In this document: piece by piece, positions 11,601 through 26,600 of the stretch
Layout of the letters: every line of letters starts with the position of its first letter
Numbering within the stretch: the first letter of the stretch is position 1
Assembly (NCBI GenBank): GCA_050575255.1
Contig: JBNZDD010013670.1
Span: 310,001-374,000, forward strand
Direction of reading: 5' to 3'
Length of the DNA: 64,000 nucleotides
Source: Harriotta raleighana
Lineage: Eukaryota
The notes under the pieces: generated by a model
Seen by the model: only the letters and a program-made list of their open reading frames with translations
The model's database searches: none
Told to the model about the DNA's origin: nothing
Translations under genes and position numbers: made by a program

Positions 11601-14600
11601 AGTGCTCTGTTCACAGGAATAAACCCAGGTTGACAATTGGAATAGTTTGGCAAATTGTAATTAGCCATTTTGCAAATATCAGAAATTGGACAGCGTTAGG
11701 TACAGTATTTGCAAATGGAAGTCACAACTAGCTGCTTGAGTTCTGTTTGAGCATATCACAAATCAGAATCCAGTACTACACAAATGCTGTCCCTTTCGAG
11801 CCATTGGGAGACCAATGATCCCACGAGATGTAGGAAGTTGTCCATCAGAGACGGTGCTATCCATAGTCTGATACATTAGTTCTTCATGACTGATCACCCT
11901 TTTAGGAACCTTTCATTTCTTAGTCTAAAACAATGACTGTTCAGCGCTTTAGGATGTCCTCCTGATGTGAAAGGCGGCATACAAGTGTAATTCTGTTGTT
12001 GTTGTAGTATTAATTACTCATTACATCTGTTAGAAAGTTTCCAGTTCATTTGCTAATAAAAGAGCCAGTATCTCTGACACCAGAATTGGTTCCTTGTGAC
12101 TTGTTTATATTTCTGTGGCTTTTTAGATTTATACCTCCCTTTGAATCCGAAAAATCAAGTGAACACATAAGAACATAAGAATTAGGAGCAGGAGTAGGCC
12201 ATTTGGCCCCTCAAGCCAAGTCTCGCCCTTCAATAAGATCAAGACTGATCTTCTAATCTAACTCCACCCACCCGCCTTATCCGCATAACCCTTAATCCCT
12301 TTATCCATAAGAAATATGTCAATATATGAATATGTTCAAGGATTGAGCATCCACAGCTTTTTGGGGCAGAGAATTCATAAATTCATTCCCCAACTCGGTG
12401 CAAAAAGGCTGACCTCTAATTTTAAAACAATGACCCCTAGTTATAGTTCCTCCAACCAGGGGAAACTGTCTCCCACTGTATACTCTATCATGCCCCTTAA
12501 TAATCTTATAGGTTTCTATAAGATCATCTCTAATTCTTCTATAGTCTAGAGAATATAGGCCTACGTTACTCACCTACCCTCATAGCTCAAAACCCTCATA
12601 GAATCATAGAATGTTATGGCACAGAAGGAGGCCATTCGGCCCAAGAACTAACCTAGCAAATCTACACTGCACCCCCTCTAAGGCAAGTATCTCCTCTCTT
12701 AAATAAGGAGACCAAAACTGCACACAATACTCTAGGTGCGGTCTCACCAGTGCCCTATACAGTTGCAGTAAGACTTTCTTACTCCTATATTCTAACCCTT
12801 TTGTAATGAATGCCAACATACCATTAGCCTTCCTAGTTGCTTGCTGTACCTGCAAACTATCTTTTTGTGACTGGTGTACAAGGACACCCAAGTCCCTCTG
12901 AACGCTAACACTATCTAGTCTTTCCCCTTCTAGAAAATAATCTGTTTTTTACTATCTAGGTGAATAACTTCACACTTCCCCACATTATATTTAATCTGCC
13001 ACCTTCTTACCCACTCACCTAGCCTATCTATATCTCGTTGTATTTTTTTTGTGTCATCCTCAGTGTTTATTCTCCCTCCTAGTTCAGTATCATCCGCGAA
13101 TTTAGATATTTTAAATTCGATGCCTCGTTTAGATCATTAATATAGATTGTAAATAGTTGAGGCACAAGCACTGTTCCTTGTGGCTCTCCACTAATCACAT
13201 TCCACCAATCTGAGAAGGATCCATTTATCCCTACTCTCTGTTTTCTTACCGTTAGCCACTTTTCAATCCACACGAGTATATTGCCTTTAATTCCACGGGC
13301 CCTAATCTTGTCAATCAGTCATTTATGCGGCACCTTATCGAATGCCTTTTGAAAATCTAAATATACTACATCTACTGATTCCCCCCCATCTAACCTGCTA
13401 GTTATGTCCTCAAAAAAAACTATAAAAGATTTGTTAAGCATGACTTCCCTTTTGTAAAGCCAAAACCCCTTTTTTGTTTAAAATATTGACGTTACATTGT
13501 ATTTCATTGCCATCTAGTGGACATACTGTAAATGTATTTCTGTCTAAGTGAGTTTAAAAATATTTTCATTTCTTCACTACCACATTCTCATTATAAATAT
13601 ACTTTCTTTATAAACTCTGCCATTACCTCACCCCTAAAGCCGCTGAAACCCTCATCTACGTCTTCGTTACATCCCGCCTCAACTATACAAATGCCTTGCT
13701 GGTTGGCCTTCCCAATTCCTCCCTCCATAGGCTGCAGATAATCCAGAACTCTACGGCCAATGTCCTTTACCGTTCCAAACTCTGTGACCCCATCTCCTCC
13801 ATCCTTGCCTGACTCCATTGCCTCCCCATCATTCAGAGGATCCAATTCAAGAGCCTGGTCCTCACATTTAAAGCGCTCCAAAACCTCGCCTTACCCTACA
13901 TCCGTAACCTCCTATCTCCTTAGCGACCAGCCCACCTCCTCTGGTCAGCATGCTCTGGCCTGCTCCACATCCCCCGACCCATCCGCCCAACCATTGGCAG
14001 GTGAGCCTTCAGTCACTCTGCCCCCAACCTCTGGAACTCCATCCCCGAAGTCCCTCCATTTTGTCCCCTCCATGGCCTCCTTCAAGTCTCGCCTCAAGAC
14101 TCTTCTCTTCGATAGACCCATCGGCAATTCCTCCCACCCACATGTCCTCAGCTCAGGTGTGAAGCAGTGTCTATCCAGTGCCTTGGGACTTCCTCCTGAC
14201 TTGAAAGACGCAAAACAAATGTAATTTTGTTGTTGTTGTTTCTTACCCCTTTTTTGGGGAAGCGCTTGGCTGTTATTTTCTTGATCCTGATCAGCGTGAG
14301 AAAGAGGCCGAGAAAGATCCTTTTCCCTTATCTCCCACACTGTTCAGATTCCCGTTCTATCTCTGTGAATTGCTTTGACATTTCCCCTACATGAAGAACA
14401 CTTTAAAAGTCCAAGTTGTGCTGTTGATGTGGCCACTAGGCAGACATTTCAGATGACTCGCTTTTCCTCCCTCCCTAATTGCAGGATGTACTTTCTCATG
14501 CCTCAGTCATCTCAGTCATGCCTTTCTCCAACATACAAGCAAATATTGGAAACTAAATGTTGAAACTTACAGGGTGAACCCATGTCCCACCATTCTATGC

Positions 14601-17600
14601 TCTCACAAACAATTTGCAGCATAGCAATGTCCCACAAACAGTCATCGAATGATAATTTTTTGTTCTCTGAGGGATTATTGGTCCAAACCCCAGGAGAAAC
14701 TTTCTTTTCTTTTTGAATAATGGCAGGACATCTTTAACATCCACCTGAGCCGGGAAAGAAAATCCCGGTTTAACTCTGATCCCAAGAAAATCACCTCTCA
14801 CAACTCAGTACTGTCCCTACAGGACAGACAGCCTAGTATGTGAGCTTAATTTACTGCTTTTGAAGGAAAACAAGCAGTCATTTTATGCAAAGCAAGATTC
14901 CATAAAAGCAATTAAGGTAATTCAGAATGACCAATTCATCAAGAGGGTGGCTGAATGTATCGTCAAAGAGGTAGATCATCAGGTGGGCTTTGAGAGAGGA
15001 GAGGGAAGGCATGAAGCAGAGGGATTTGGAGAGGCAGTGCCAGAGGTAAAGCACAAAGTCACTGAACCAGCACCAAAGGTAGAGTAGAATGAGGGGCCTG
15101 AAACAAGCTAAAGTTAATGGAGTGGAGGAAGTGAGCAGTAGAGTAAGGTCACAAACAATCCCAGAAATAGGACACTGCAGAGATTTGAAAGTGAAAACAA
15201 GGACATTAAAGATCTCCATTGAGGGTTAAGCGGCCAGTGAAGAAGCCGGTTGAGGTTTCGCGTGCGGGGCTCACAGAGAGGATATGGGCTGCAGAGTTCT
15301 GTATGACCTGGAGTTTGTAGAGAGTGGAGCTGCTTTACAGGATACATTGGAAAGTGTAATGACTATGTTTTCTGTAGTCACACATGGCAGCCAATTTGCC
15401 CATAGCATCAAATTGTGTCAGGAGCACAAAACATGGTGTTGAGGCCAATTGCCATTCCAGCACAATGTTCAATTTTTCAATTTGGCTTTGTCTTGATAAA
15501 TATATCATGTAATTTAAACTGCACAAATTGTTAGTTATGTTGTCAGTTTAAATAAATGTTGACCTCATTTAGCAAGGTGCACAGGTAGCGAGTGCCACAC
15601 TGGACAAATTCAAGGGGTTATAATAATGCATAATAATAATCCTTGCATTTGATATACTGTAGTGCCTTATCACATCTTCGAGACATTTCAGAATATACTG
15701 TGAATTGCCTGTATATTTTGTGGGTGAAACGCGGCAGCCAATTGCGCACTATAGTGTCCCACAAACCATTGTGGATTGAGTGATTTATTTATTCACTTTA
15801 CTTAACGTAGTTGATTGCACATTGTCATTCATCTTTCTCTTATGCAAATTTACATTCTGGCATCTACAGATTTTTCAATAGTATTTTCAGATAATGAAGA
15901 TGTCATCTTTTGTCAATTGATAGCATTCATGACTCAGGGATGGAAAATCTGCTGTTTGTTTTATGTTGTAGGAATAACGATTTACAGTACTGTACCTCAA
16001 TAAATCAATGATTCCGTTGTATCGTTGCTGAAGAAATTTGTCCAATGTAGATGTAAAATCCTGAGAATTAAAATCAATAGAATGTGGTTAAAAAAGATAG
16101 TTTCACCAATCGTGCAACAAATCTTCAGGCAACATAAGTGTGCCAGCCTCGCTTAGTTAGTAGCACTCTTATCTCTGAGTCAGAAGGTTGTGTGTTCAAG
16201 CCCCAACAACAAGACTTGGAGTCCATCTAGTCTAGGTTGATACTCCAGGGAGTGCTGCATTTTTGGCATTGAAGTCCTTCCAATGAAATATTAAACTGAG
16301 GTATAATTTGCCTGTCCAAGTGGATGTTAAAGATCCCATGGCATCATTTAAAAAGAGAAGGGAGTTTTTCCCAGTGTCTTGGTCAACTATCACCCAAATA
16401 AAATTGGTCACGCGTTGCATTGCTGTTTGTGCAACATTGGTGTCACACTCTCCCACAAAATACACAATTACAGCACATCTCAGTATATCTTGTGAAGTGC
16501 TTTGACAGGATGAGATGCTATATCAAATGCAATGACTATTATATCACGTTATGTAGTAATTGTACCATCTCTCACCCCTCATATTCCCTCAGTGTCAATG
16601 GCTACCTGTGAAGCTCACAAAAAGAATTGTCCTTCTCTTCAAGGCTATTATAATACACAATTATTACAGTAAAACCTTGTTTATCTGGCACCCACAAGAT
16701 TTGGTGAATGGCGGTTAAACGGTTTTCTGGTTAAATGGATTTTTAAAAATGTTTTATTAATTTTTTTTTAATTAAAAATTATTTTAACACAGTAATAACA
16801 GATTACCAGCTCCCACCCTGTGCAAACACAGGAAGCTGCCGTCCGCACACCGCTAACCCTTAGCAAGGGGAAGGCGCGGTCGATTACTATGAAGCCTTCT
16901 TGTGAGGTATTTTGAATTGATTGAATAGCCTGGACTTGCAGAGAGAGTGAGAGTACACACACACACACACACACATACACACATACACATGTAAATGTTG
17001 AACAATACTATATAAATAATAGACTAAATACACTAATAACAGATACTATACTAACAGAATATTGTATTAGTACTTTATAAGTTATACTTAACTTCTGCAA
17101 GTTAAAACTGCATTTTTTTTAAAAACGGTAGTATCGCGAGTTTTGAAATGAGAGAGACTGANNNNNNNNNNNNNNNNNNNNNNNNNNNNNNNNNNNNNNN
17201 NNNNNNNNNNNNNNNNNNNNNNNNNNNNNNNNNNNNNNNNNNNNNNNNNNNNNNNNNNNNNNNNNNNNNNNNNNNNNNNNNNNNNNNNNNNNNNNNNNNN
17301 NNNNNNGAGAGAATGTGAGAGAGAGACTGTGATTGGGGGAGAGAGAGAGAGACACGCCCCCTTTGGAGCCCATGCCGCGACTTTTAAAGGACCCAGAACG
17401 AGTTTAAACCCGACATTAAACGCGTCACCAGATAACTTCCGGTTAATCGAATCGGGACTTTTTTTGAGATGGCGGTTGAATGGGTTTTCCGATTATTCGA
17501 GTTACAGATAAATGAGGTTTTACTGTATTTTGAATGTGTTTTACTCACATTTTTCTACATGAGGATATATTTAACAAGAACAGACCTTAAACATCTATTT

Positions 17601-20600
17601 TGGGTGTTGAACCTCATCTATTGCCAGGGATTTGACATTTAATACGACACTGAAAATGAAATTAAGCCTAAAACTGAGGAGCTAACTTTTAGTATTGAAA
17701 GCTGAGTTTGAAAACGACATCTGCTTCCACAAGAAACCTGTTCTAGAGCAGTTACACAGCTTTCCATGATTTTTTATAGGGAAATGGAAAACAGATTCAA
17801 ATTGGGAAAGAAAGTTTTATAATAGTCAACCCAATCCAAAGGATTGCCGCCTTTCCATCACTTCCGCGGTAACTACATCCAATCACTGCGATAACCTGGC
17901 AGGTGGGTTCCTGTAATTGGCGCCTTTGGTATTGCTCATGACCTTGACACTAAGGGAATAACAATTGTGGTGTTAAATGCTGCACATTCATCTCAAAAAT
18001 GACTTGCCTTTAATTACTGGGAAATTCAATAGCCTGATTATATTAAAAGCATACAATTTGTAGAACATAATGTAGGTTAGCGTGACCTGTGGAACACTTA
18101 ACAAGAGGAACAATACATAATAAATTTATATTTATGTAGCCCTGTTCATTTTGTGGTGGGGAAAGAGGGGAGTCTCAAAGCACTTAACAGAATTGATGGT
18201 TACACAAACTTTGGTTGCTTCAATGGCTTCACTTGCGTGGGTGAGAGAGAGGCAAGGTGAACCAAGATTCCTGCTCCTGAATGCCTGAGTGAACCCAGCT
18301 GGAAAGGTCATGTGTGTATGAGTGTCAGAATTGAAGTGTCATGTTCATGACTCCTCTGGCTACATAGGCTTCTGAGACTTATTTTCCAGCCTCATATTTA
18401 AAGAATAATCATTTGGTCACGGTAAGGAAGCAATTCATACATCAGGATGCATCAACTTCATCAGGAGAGGAGGAAAGGATACTGGAGGAGGGAACTAACT
18501 AAATGTCCTTATACATGTTTAGTCAACAATGTTTTCCATTGTTACTATAGAAGTCCAGGAAACCAAACCATATCTTGTAACTCAATATCTTGAGTACCCT
18601 GTAAAACGTCATACTCCAGTTCAGATACTGAACACCTTTTCAGTTAATTAGACTTTAATGGTTCAGTAATATTACTCTGGAGTGACAGTGACACATAGTA
18701 CAATGCTTATGGATAATTGCCAACTCTGGTAACCATAGCTCCCCAATTCAAACACATACCGCCTTGTTTATCAATAGGAGCTCCACATTAGTCTTGCAGA
18801 CAATAGTAGCAGGACGCTTTTTGTTGGTCAGAAGAGTAGCTTCCTGAAAAATAAACATTTGTGAAATCTGAAACAGCCAACAGCAACATGAAAGAGCATT
18901 AAACTGACTCTGTAAAATTGTGAAGCAGAAATGGATCTCACCCCAAACAAATCACCTTCCTCAATTTCATGCAGAATTTCTGTTAGGGGACTTCCAACTT
19001 TGGCAGAGAATTCATTTGATTTTGCTGCCATTTTACCAGTAAGTACAAAATAACATGATTCAGGTTGGTGACCTTCACGCACAATGACTGTTTGTGTTTC
19101 ATATCTAAAATGAAAGGAAAGTACATTGAATAATTAAATTATTTATTTTGATTTGGTATCTCTGATTTCTCCCCTTTCCCAATAACTGTTGAAGGTGCCT
19201 GAGAGAAATACACGAACACACAATTTTACATTTTATAGCTATAAGATGTAGGAGACATCAATGATATGATGTATCTAATTAATTGGCTGAACATAAGAAC
19301 ATAGTCATCTGCAGAATTGGGAAAGACTATTGCCAATTACTGAGTTAAGCTACTTTCTGCTGTAGCACTCATTGGTAGTATCAAAAATGACCATGATAAA
19401 AACCTCTAACCAGCTTCAAGCTCAAACATTGTGCTAAAGCTGGGGTGAGTTGGGTATCAGCCTTTGGCAGTCATAATGTTTCTTAACACATTTGCTGTGA
19501 TCATATCAAATATGTGTGAGTCAAATTGAGTTTACTGTACTTTGTTCTCACAACCAATGTGCTTCACAGAATATACTGTAAAGTTATTTGAATGAATATT
19601 TTTGAAGGGAAACGCGGTGGCCAGTTGTGCATAGCAATGTCCCACAAACGTTTGTGGATTGAGTGACCACACTTTTTTATTACACCTGGAAAAGCGATCC
19701 TCCAATTAAAAAGCAATCAGCCCCATTTCCCGCTTTTTCAAAATGCAAGGATTATTATTATTATTATTATTAAATGAACAGACGCATCTGGAGTTAGGAA
19801 ACATGTAGTTTCATCCAGTGTTTTGTCCTGCCTGGAATCAAACCCTGGTCCTCTTGCTTGCAAGGCGACTAAAGAATAAGCCACATGACTCCACCATTCA
19901 AGTTTAGCTCTCAAGGAACACATTTAACTGTAATCAAAGAACATGCGACCTTTTGCAATTGGCAGCTGCATTATTGATTAAATTATTTCTGCATGTTGTT
20001 TCACTTACTGTTGGTACACTGCAGCTTGGCAAACCTCTAACTGAACATTATGGGGTAAGACTTGAAAGGTTTGGTTCTTACGTAAGAGTGATTGTATCTT
20101 TAAAACAAAAGATATTAAAATAACAATATTTGGAATATTTAGGGACACGAAAAAAAAGCTTTTCAGTACATAATCACAGCTACTAAAGTGACAAATAAAG
20201 ACACAAGCAGAGCTCCAGCCTCTTTACTACAGTTGTGCTGACAATTTTAATGGAGAAAGATTAGTTAAAGGACATAGGATTAGAGTGCTAAAGTTGAAAA
20301 ACTAGGTTAAAAAGAGAGACAGTGAATTGAAAAGTGTGTAGATGACTATGGATAGGGTACATATATCATAAAACATGAACTGATATTTGCATCAGTAAAA
20401 TATTTAGAAGGTTGACAAAATGGTTAAAAATAATGAATAAATCTCATTCACCATTAACTCAAACAATTTTACCATTAAAAGTTGCATCCTGATAACAATT
20501 AATAATTTATTAACATTTAGTCGGAGGTCTGTCAGTTTGGGCTATTACCAGTGCAAGTTCCTGTTTGCTTCGTAGTAAAGGAGAAACATAGAGCAGGCTT

Positions 20601-23600
20601 CTCAACTTTGCAGAGTCTCTTTCCTGCAATAAAACAAAGTGGATAAATACTATAACTGGTAAGCAAAAGAGCTCAACTGGAGATCTTTTCATAGGTATTT
20701 TAGTATCTCACTGAAAAAAAAATCTGACACAGAGCTAACAGGCAGATTAAATACAATAATAATCCTTGCATTCAGTATAACACTTTAACATGTTGTCCAA
20801 ACATCTCAGAGGTCTAAATAAGGAAACAAGGGCTAAAAATTCCATTGAGTTTTACTTGGCACTGTGTGATTATAGTGGGAAATTCCATTACAGGCCAACA
20901 TTGCTAAAGGTGATGCATATAACACTCTTTACTCAAGTCTGCTTTCAGGAAGACATCCAAAACTATTAATAGAATGTATTCAATGGAATGCCCATCTCAG
21001 CACAATTTTATTTTATTTTATAATCACTGTTGTATGATTTTAAATCTGGTTATGTTTTTTTCCTGTTTTATGTTTTCACTCTGCTGTTTTATTTGACTTT
21101 ATTCTTTTATCTTCTGTTGGCTACTACTCTTTCCCCTTCTTGCTGTTTTACCATATGCCAAATATCACAATTGCAAATGACAATATTCACAAGAGATTAC
21201 AAGAGATGCTTGGATGAAGAAAGCCTTTCTGCATATTTGATCTCATCTTTGCAGAATACCCACCCTACCCATCATTTACAACAGGATGGTATTTGGCCAT
21301 TTGGCTGCTGAGGACTGGATGCCCTATTGAGAAAAGTACGTGAGCCACTTAAGCAATTCCCTTCCAGAAACATAACATTAACTGATAATGGCGGGAGCGG
21401 GTAGGCCAGATGAAATGGAGGGAGAAGTTAGGATGAAATCAGCCCATGGCGATCAGTTGAACCACTCTGATTTACAGCATCAAGCTGTTCCTTAAATGAC
21501 CAGCCATCTGTGTAAATAAATACCGTCTGGTTCCTGTCCTAAAATTATCTTTCACAATACTAAGATTGTCTACTCTTTGTATGAAAATAATTAACGGAGG
21601 ACAGAAGAATAATAATACAATACTAACATTTTTCTTCTTTGTAAAGCTGTGAATGTTAAACAACAGTTCCTTGTCAAGGACTGCTTGCTTTTTTAGAAGA
21701 TTTGCAACCCACTGTGTCACCTTGGTCTTGTTTATATACCTGAAAAACAAAATATGAATTCTGTATCTTAATACATTTTATTTTTGCATTCATGCAAAGC
21801 AAAAGTACCAAGCTTAAGGGAAATCCTGCCTGGTTGGATGGGACCGCAACGGAACACATAAAGAAGGGGAAAAAAGACATTTAAAGCCATGAAGGAAAAT
21901 GGCACAGACAAAAGATGGATTCATTACCAGAAGGCATGTCAGGATTTTAACAAAGTTATCAGAATGGCAAGAAATAATCATAAGAAAATAAGAATATAAG
22001 AATTTGCTGGGCGAAAGACCAAGGTCCATCGAATTTGTCCTCCACCATCCTGGCAGTCATAAAACATGTCGTATCCCAAACTATATAATGTAAGCAGAGA
22101 TATTATTATCTAATTTGTTCTTCTGTTCAATCAAGAAACACACTGCCACTAGAACACAAACTTACTAAGACTCTTGACAATGTTCAAGGGGGTGTTTCTC
22201 AATGGATTTGTGGACCGGAACAGGTTCATGGGTCATAGATGGGTCTGCACTAATGTATGCTTTTAATGTAACTATGAACTCAAATTGCTATGTTGAGCTT
22301 GAATCTACAACTACTCTGACCCAGCTGCAAGACTACCATCAACTGACCCCGCCTGTCACAAATGTACTATTTAAGAATTTTCCAAATATCAGTTCAGTAT
22401 TATACGCAAATATTAAAACCATTTCAGTACTTTCTGGTTTCTAATGTACTAATGTTATAAGTGTTCAAATATAATAATAACAATACTTGCATTTGATATA
22501 GCACTTTTCACATCCTCTAGACATCTCAAAGTGCTTCACAAAATATACTGCAAAATATTTCCGGATCCAGAACTTTACCATTATTATGATTATTTATTAG
22601 CAAGAATAAGTTCTCCACTCAACAGCAGTACTTTAGGGGAAAGAATAACCAAATTGTGGTAGGTTATTGATCACACTGAAAAGGTTTCCTTGGTTCAGCT
22701 CCATTAATCAAAAACAAAGGAAGATCTTACGAGATATGATGAGAATACCAACAGTGCAGTACATCAGATTATATAATCATTTGCAGTGAAGTACTTTACT
22801 CGTGCCCTAAAATGTTCCATTAGTGAGCAAATTACTTTAATCCTTATAAACAAAATTAAATATTGTTAACATTTTCTTGCCCAGGAACAAATAAATCACT
22901 GTAGCGGGTTATTGATGATTTAATTATTCATACTGGTGTTACTCCTAAGAAACTGTGCTCTTTACAAAGAATGTCTCAGAGTTCCCCCAGTACTAACTTC
23001 TTTATATCAACTTGATTTGACAACTCTGGAGACAATAGATGGATTTTTTAAATTCCGTGGTGAATTCCTTATGACACATTTCCCTTTTTACAACTGGTTT
23101 CAACATCTAATAATATTATGAGAACATTAGCTAGAACATTTCTATCAGAAATTAATGAGACTATTTTCCAGAAATAACAACAACTTGCATTTATAAAGCA
23201 CCCTTTACACAGAGCCCTGACAAAATAAGCAGTTTGGATAATAAACAATCACACGCCAGCTCACCAATTTAACAATGTCTGCTCCGAAAATCCTCCCTAT
23301 CTCAGTCCCCAAGTCCTCCCGAACTCAGTCCCTCCCTATCTACAGTATCCCAATACATTTTCTGGAGTCTCCAAACCTTGTTTCTTGCTAATCTGCATCT
23401 AATACTTTCTAGAATTAAGGTGAATTCCTCCTAGGAGAGAATGTACATTACATTCCAATAAACATCACTGAGACTTCCTTTCAGAGGTGGGATGCATGGA
23501 ACTTTCAGTTTGGTTTGGATACTCTTAAGCATGGTGATGGATTTCTACAAGAATCATATCCTCCTGAGGAGGGGTGGGGTAGGTCAGCAGAGACTCCATG

Positions 23601-26600
23601 GAGCTGAATTGGCTACAAAGTGACATGCCTCACAACAGAATGTTGGAATCGAGCCAGCCTTCTGTGGTGGACTCGGTAGTCCAGTTTGTGAGATAGGCAG
23701 ATCCGTAGTATTTCAGGATACTGCTGATACAGTCCTGTAGCTCAGTGGGTAGAGCATTTGCCTTGCAAGTGAGAGATCTGAGTTCAATTCCAGGCAGGGT
23801 GAAACCTTGGGCGAGTTGTCTTATTCGACACACCTGATAATAATCTCTCAAAAAGAACAATAATAAGTTGGTCATTTCAATCCACAACTGTTTGTGAGAC
23901 ACTGCTGTAGGCAATTGGTGCCACGTTTCGCCCACAAATATATAGTCAATTCACTTTATAGCATATTCTGTGAAAAACTTTGAGACACCTAGAAGATGTG
24001 AAAAGCGCTGTATCAAATGCAAGGATTATTATTACTATTATTATACAATACAAAATTACATTTGTATAATGCCATTCATATCGGAAGGATGTCCCAAGAA
24101 GCTGGGTTACAGCATAGCCAGCCCGGCTCATCGGCAGGACTTGGAAGGGCAGACAAGTCACTGGAGGCAGCTGTTCAGTTCCTGTTAATCCTACAAGCCT
24201 AAACCCTAATGCTTAGGGTGTCCAGGCTAAACAAGTAGTGTTTACCGAACAGCAATGGCAAGCTATGCAGTTTTAGCTGGTTAGATTCCAGCAGTAACCC
24301 AACCTGCGCCTAACAATTTCTGGAATTAGATAAGCAGACTGTTCAGAACCAGGGAGAGAGTGTGCAATTCATCTCAACAATTTATCTCTGGGATTTCCAT
24401 GTGTGGGTGAGATGCATGAAAATCTCAGCTTGGTTTGGATACTCTTGGTGATGGGTTTCAGCATGTATCAGACCCCTCAAAATGGAGGAAAGTGCAAGTA
24501 AATGGTACTAAACATATAGCTCCTTCAGAAAGTTGGTACAAGCACAGTGGGCGGTAATGATATTCTATTCCGTTCCCTCCAACCTGCTATCCTGTGTTAA
24601 GGACACAATATAAGTGTCTGTTGTTGTAAAATTCTAAGATTCTTTCTCTATCACACACCAGAGAATAGGAGATCCTACAAATCTCACTGTATCATCACTG
24701 CCTGGACTCGCTAACATAATTTCCTGGGTGAAGAGGTGGAGAAGAGGCTGAATGATCTGCTCTTTGGTAGCAGTCCCCAGCCGGACCTTTCGTGTAAGAA
24801 AGTGACCATCCTCTACTCTCCATATCTCCAGCTATATGATAAACATAGAGAAATTACAATGGGGGCATTAGGGAATCAAAGTTTCATCCTCTCATAGCAT
24901 TGGAGAATCAATGGCTTCCTTTCATTTTCTAACTGTAATAACAACTTACATTTATATAGCTCTCTTCATGCAGCAAAGCCAATGATGGACCAAGTGGATT
25001 TGTACCACATTAACAGTTAAGCGGAAAAAGTTACATATCAGTTTACGAGGGATTTACCATTCAAGCCCTCCATTTCAGCTCCTTGGAACATCCTCCCAAC
25101 TTGAAAGGCACTCTATAAATGTAATTTTGTTGTTGTTGTTATTAGTTGGAGCAAACATTGAAAAAGTGGCATGAGGATTGATCCAGCTTGTCTTTGTTAT
25201 TTTGATGAGCCAAAAAATATCAGATACTCCTTGCATTTGTAGTTTTTCTCTTTCAAGTATGCGACTTGTTATGGAATTAAAATAATCTTATCAATAATTA
25301 CATTGAACATACTGAGAGTAAAGTGTCATTTACTTGATAACTGGAATCATTTCAAATGCCAAAAGTAAATTATCCATAACCTTCAACAACAACAAAAAAG
25401 CCTTCTTAAGATCCTGACGTGATTCAATGGGATGCCATTTAGTAAATCACTTCTGTTTTCCTCACCCATTCTATTCCATCCATTCTCAGTGTCAAGATAT
25501 ATTTGACTAATTTTTCCTTTTGATATGGTTCCAAACATGCTATCACCCTCCGGTTTCTTACACAGGTGGCCATTCTTCATATGGGTAGACAATGAGTGTG
25601 AGCAAACTCTGATCAGTGTGGGATGACTTGCATTTCTTTGTATTAATCTTTGTATTAATTTACTTGTAGTCAGCCCAGGTGTTTACCTCCACTCCCCTCA
25701 CACACACACACAATCACTTACACACTCCCACTAATAACTCTCAAATATACCTACACAAAAAGAATAGCAAAGAAACATACACACACTTACTGAAAGACTC
25801 ACACATTTACAGAGTCACACATTCTCATACACTGAAACTCTCAAAGGGAGACACACAACTCTCTGTACACACACATTCAGAGGATCACAATCCCTCAATG
25901 TTGAATCTTATTCTGGGGTTGGATTATTTCCCCTTTAGAAATATGCACACAATCTATGAGAATAATAATAATAATCCTTGCATTTCATGTAGCCCTTTAT
26001 CACAAATTCGAGACATCTCAAAGCACTTCACAGAATATACAGTACTGGAAAGTGGATTGACTATATTTTTGTGAGCAAAATGCAGCAGCTGATTGCGTAA
26101 AAAATATAATACAGTAATAATTTGGTCACTCAATCATGTGGATTGTGAACAAATTATTATTATGATTATTATTATATATTTTGAAGGGATTATTGTCCCC
26201 TGAAAGCAATCTGCCAATCAATTAACAACCAGGTTCCTAGTTACTGCTAGGTAAACAGAGGTGGGTGAAGTAAGGAAATTCGTCTAACATTTCACCCTGC
26301 CCGGGAATTGTACCCAGGTCCTCTTGCTGGTGAGGCGAGTGCTCTAATCACTAAGATAGAGGACTCCACTTGATATTGCTTGAACTAGTAACTGAAACAT
26401 GTTCTCATAATGCAAGTTAGTAATCCAGTTTGGCTTCGTATAGTTTAAAAGATTAATTTAATTAGCATTGATTCACAGCCTTTTTTGACAGATATTTTAC
26501 CCTTGTTCATACATATCTGGTTGTTGTCTTTCCTGATATTGACCACAGCTACCAATTTAAATCACTTGGCTGGTACAGTATATAGTTGCTATATAGACTT

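Noticed and set aside
16768-16980. Recurrent 64-70 aa ORF (also 55095-55295 and 63498-63692)
   Set aside because: It recurs only because it lies inside copies of the same MITE. It has no transposase motifs and starts in a (TG)n tract.
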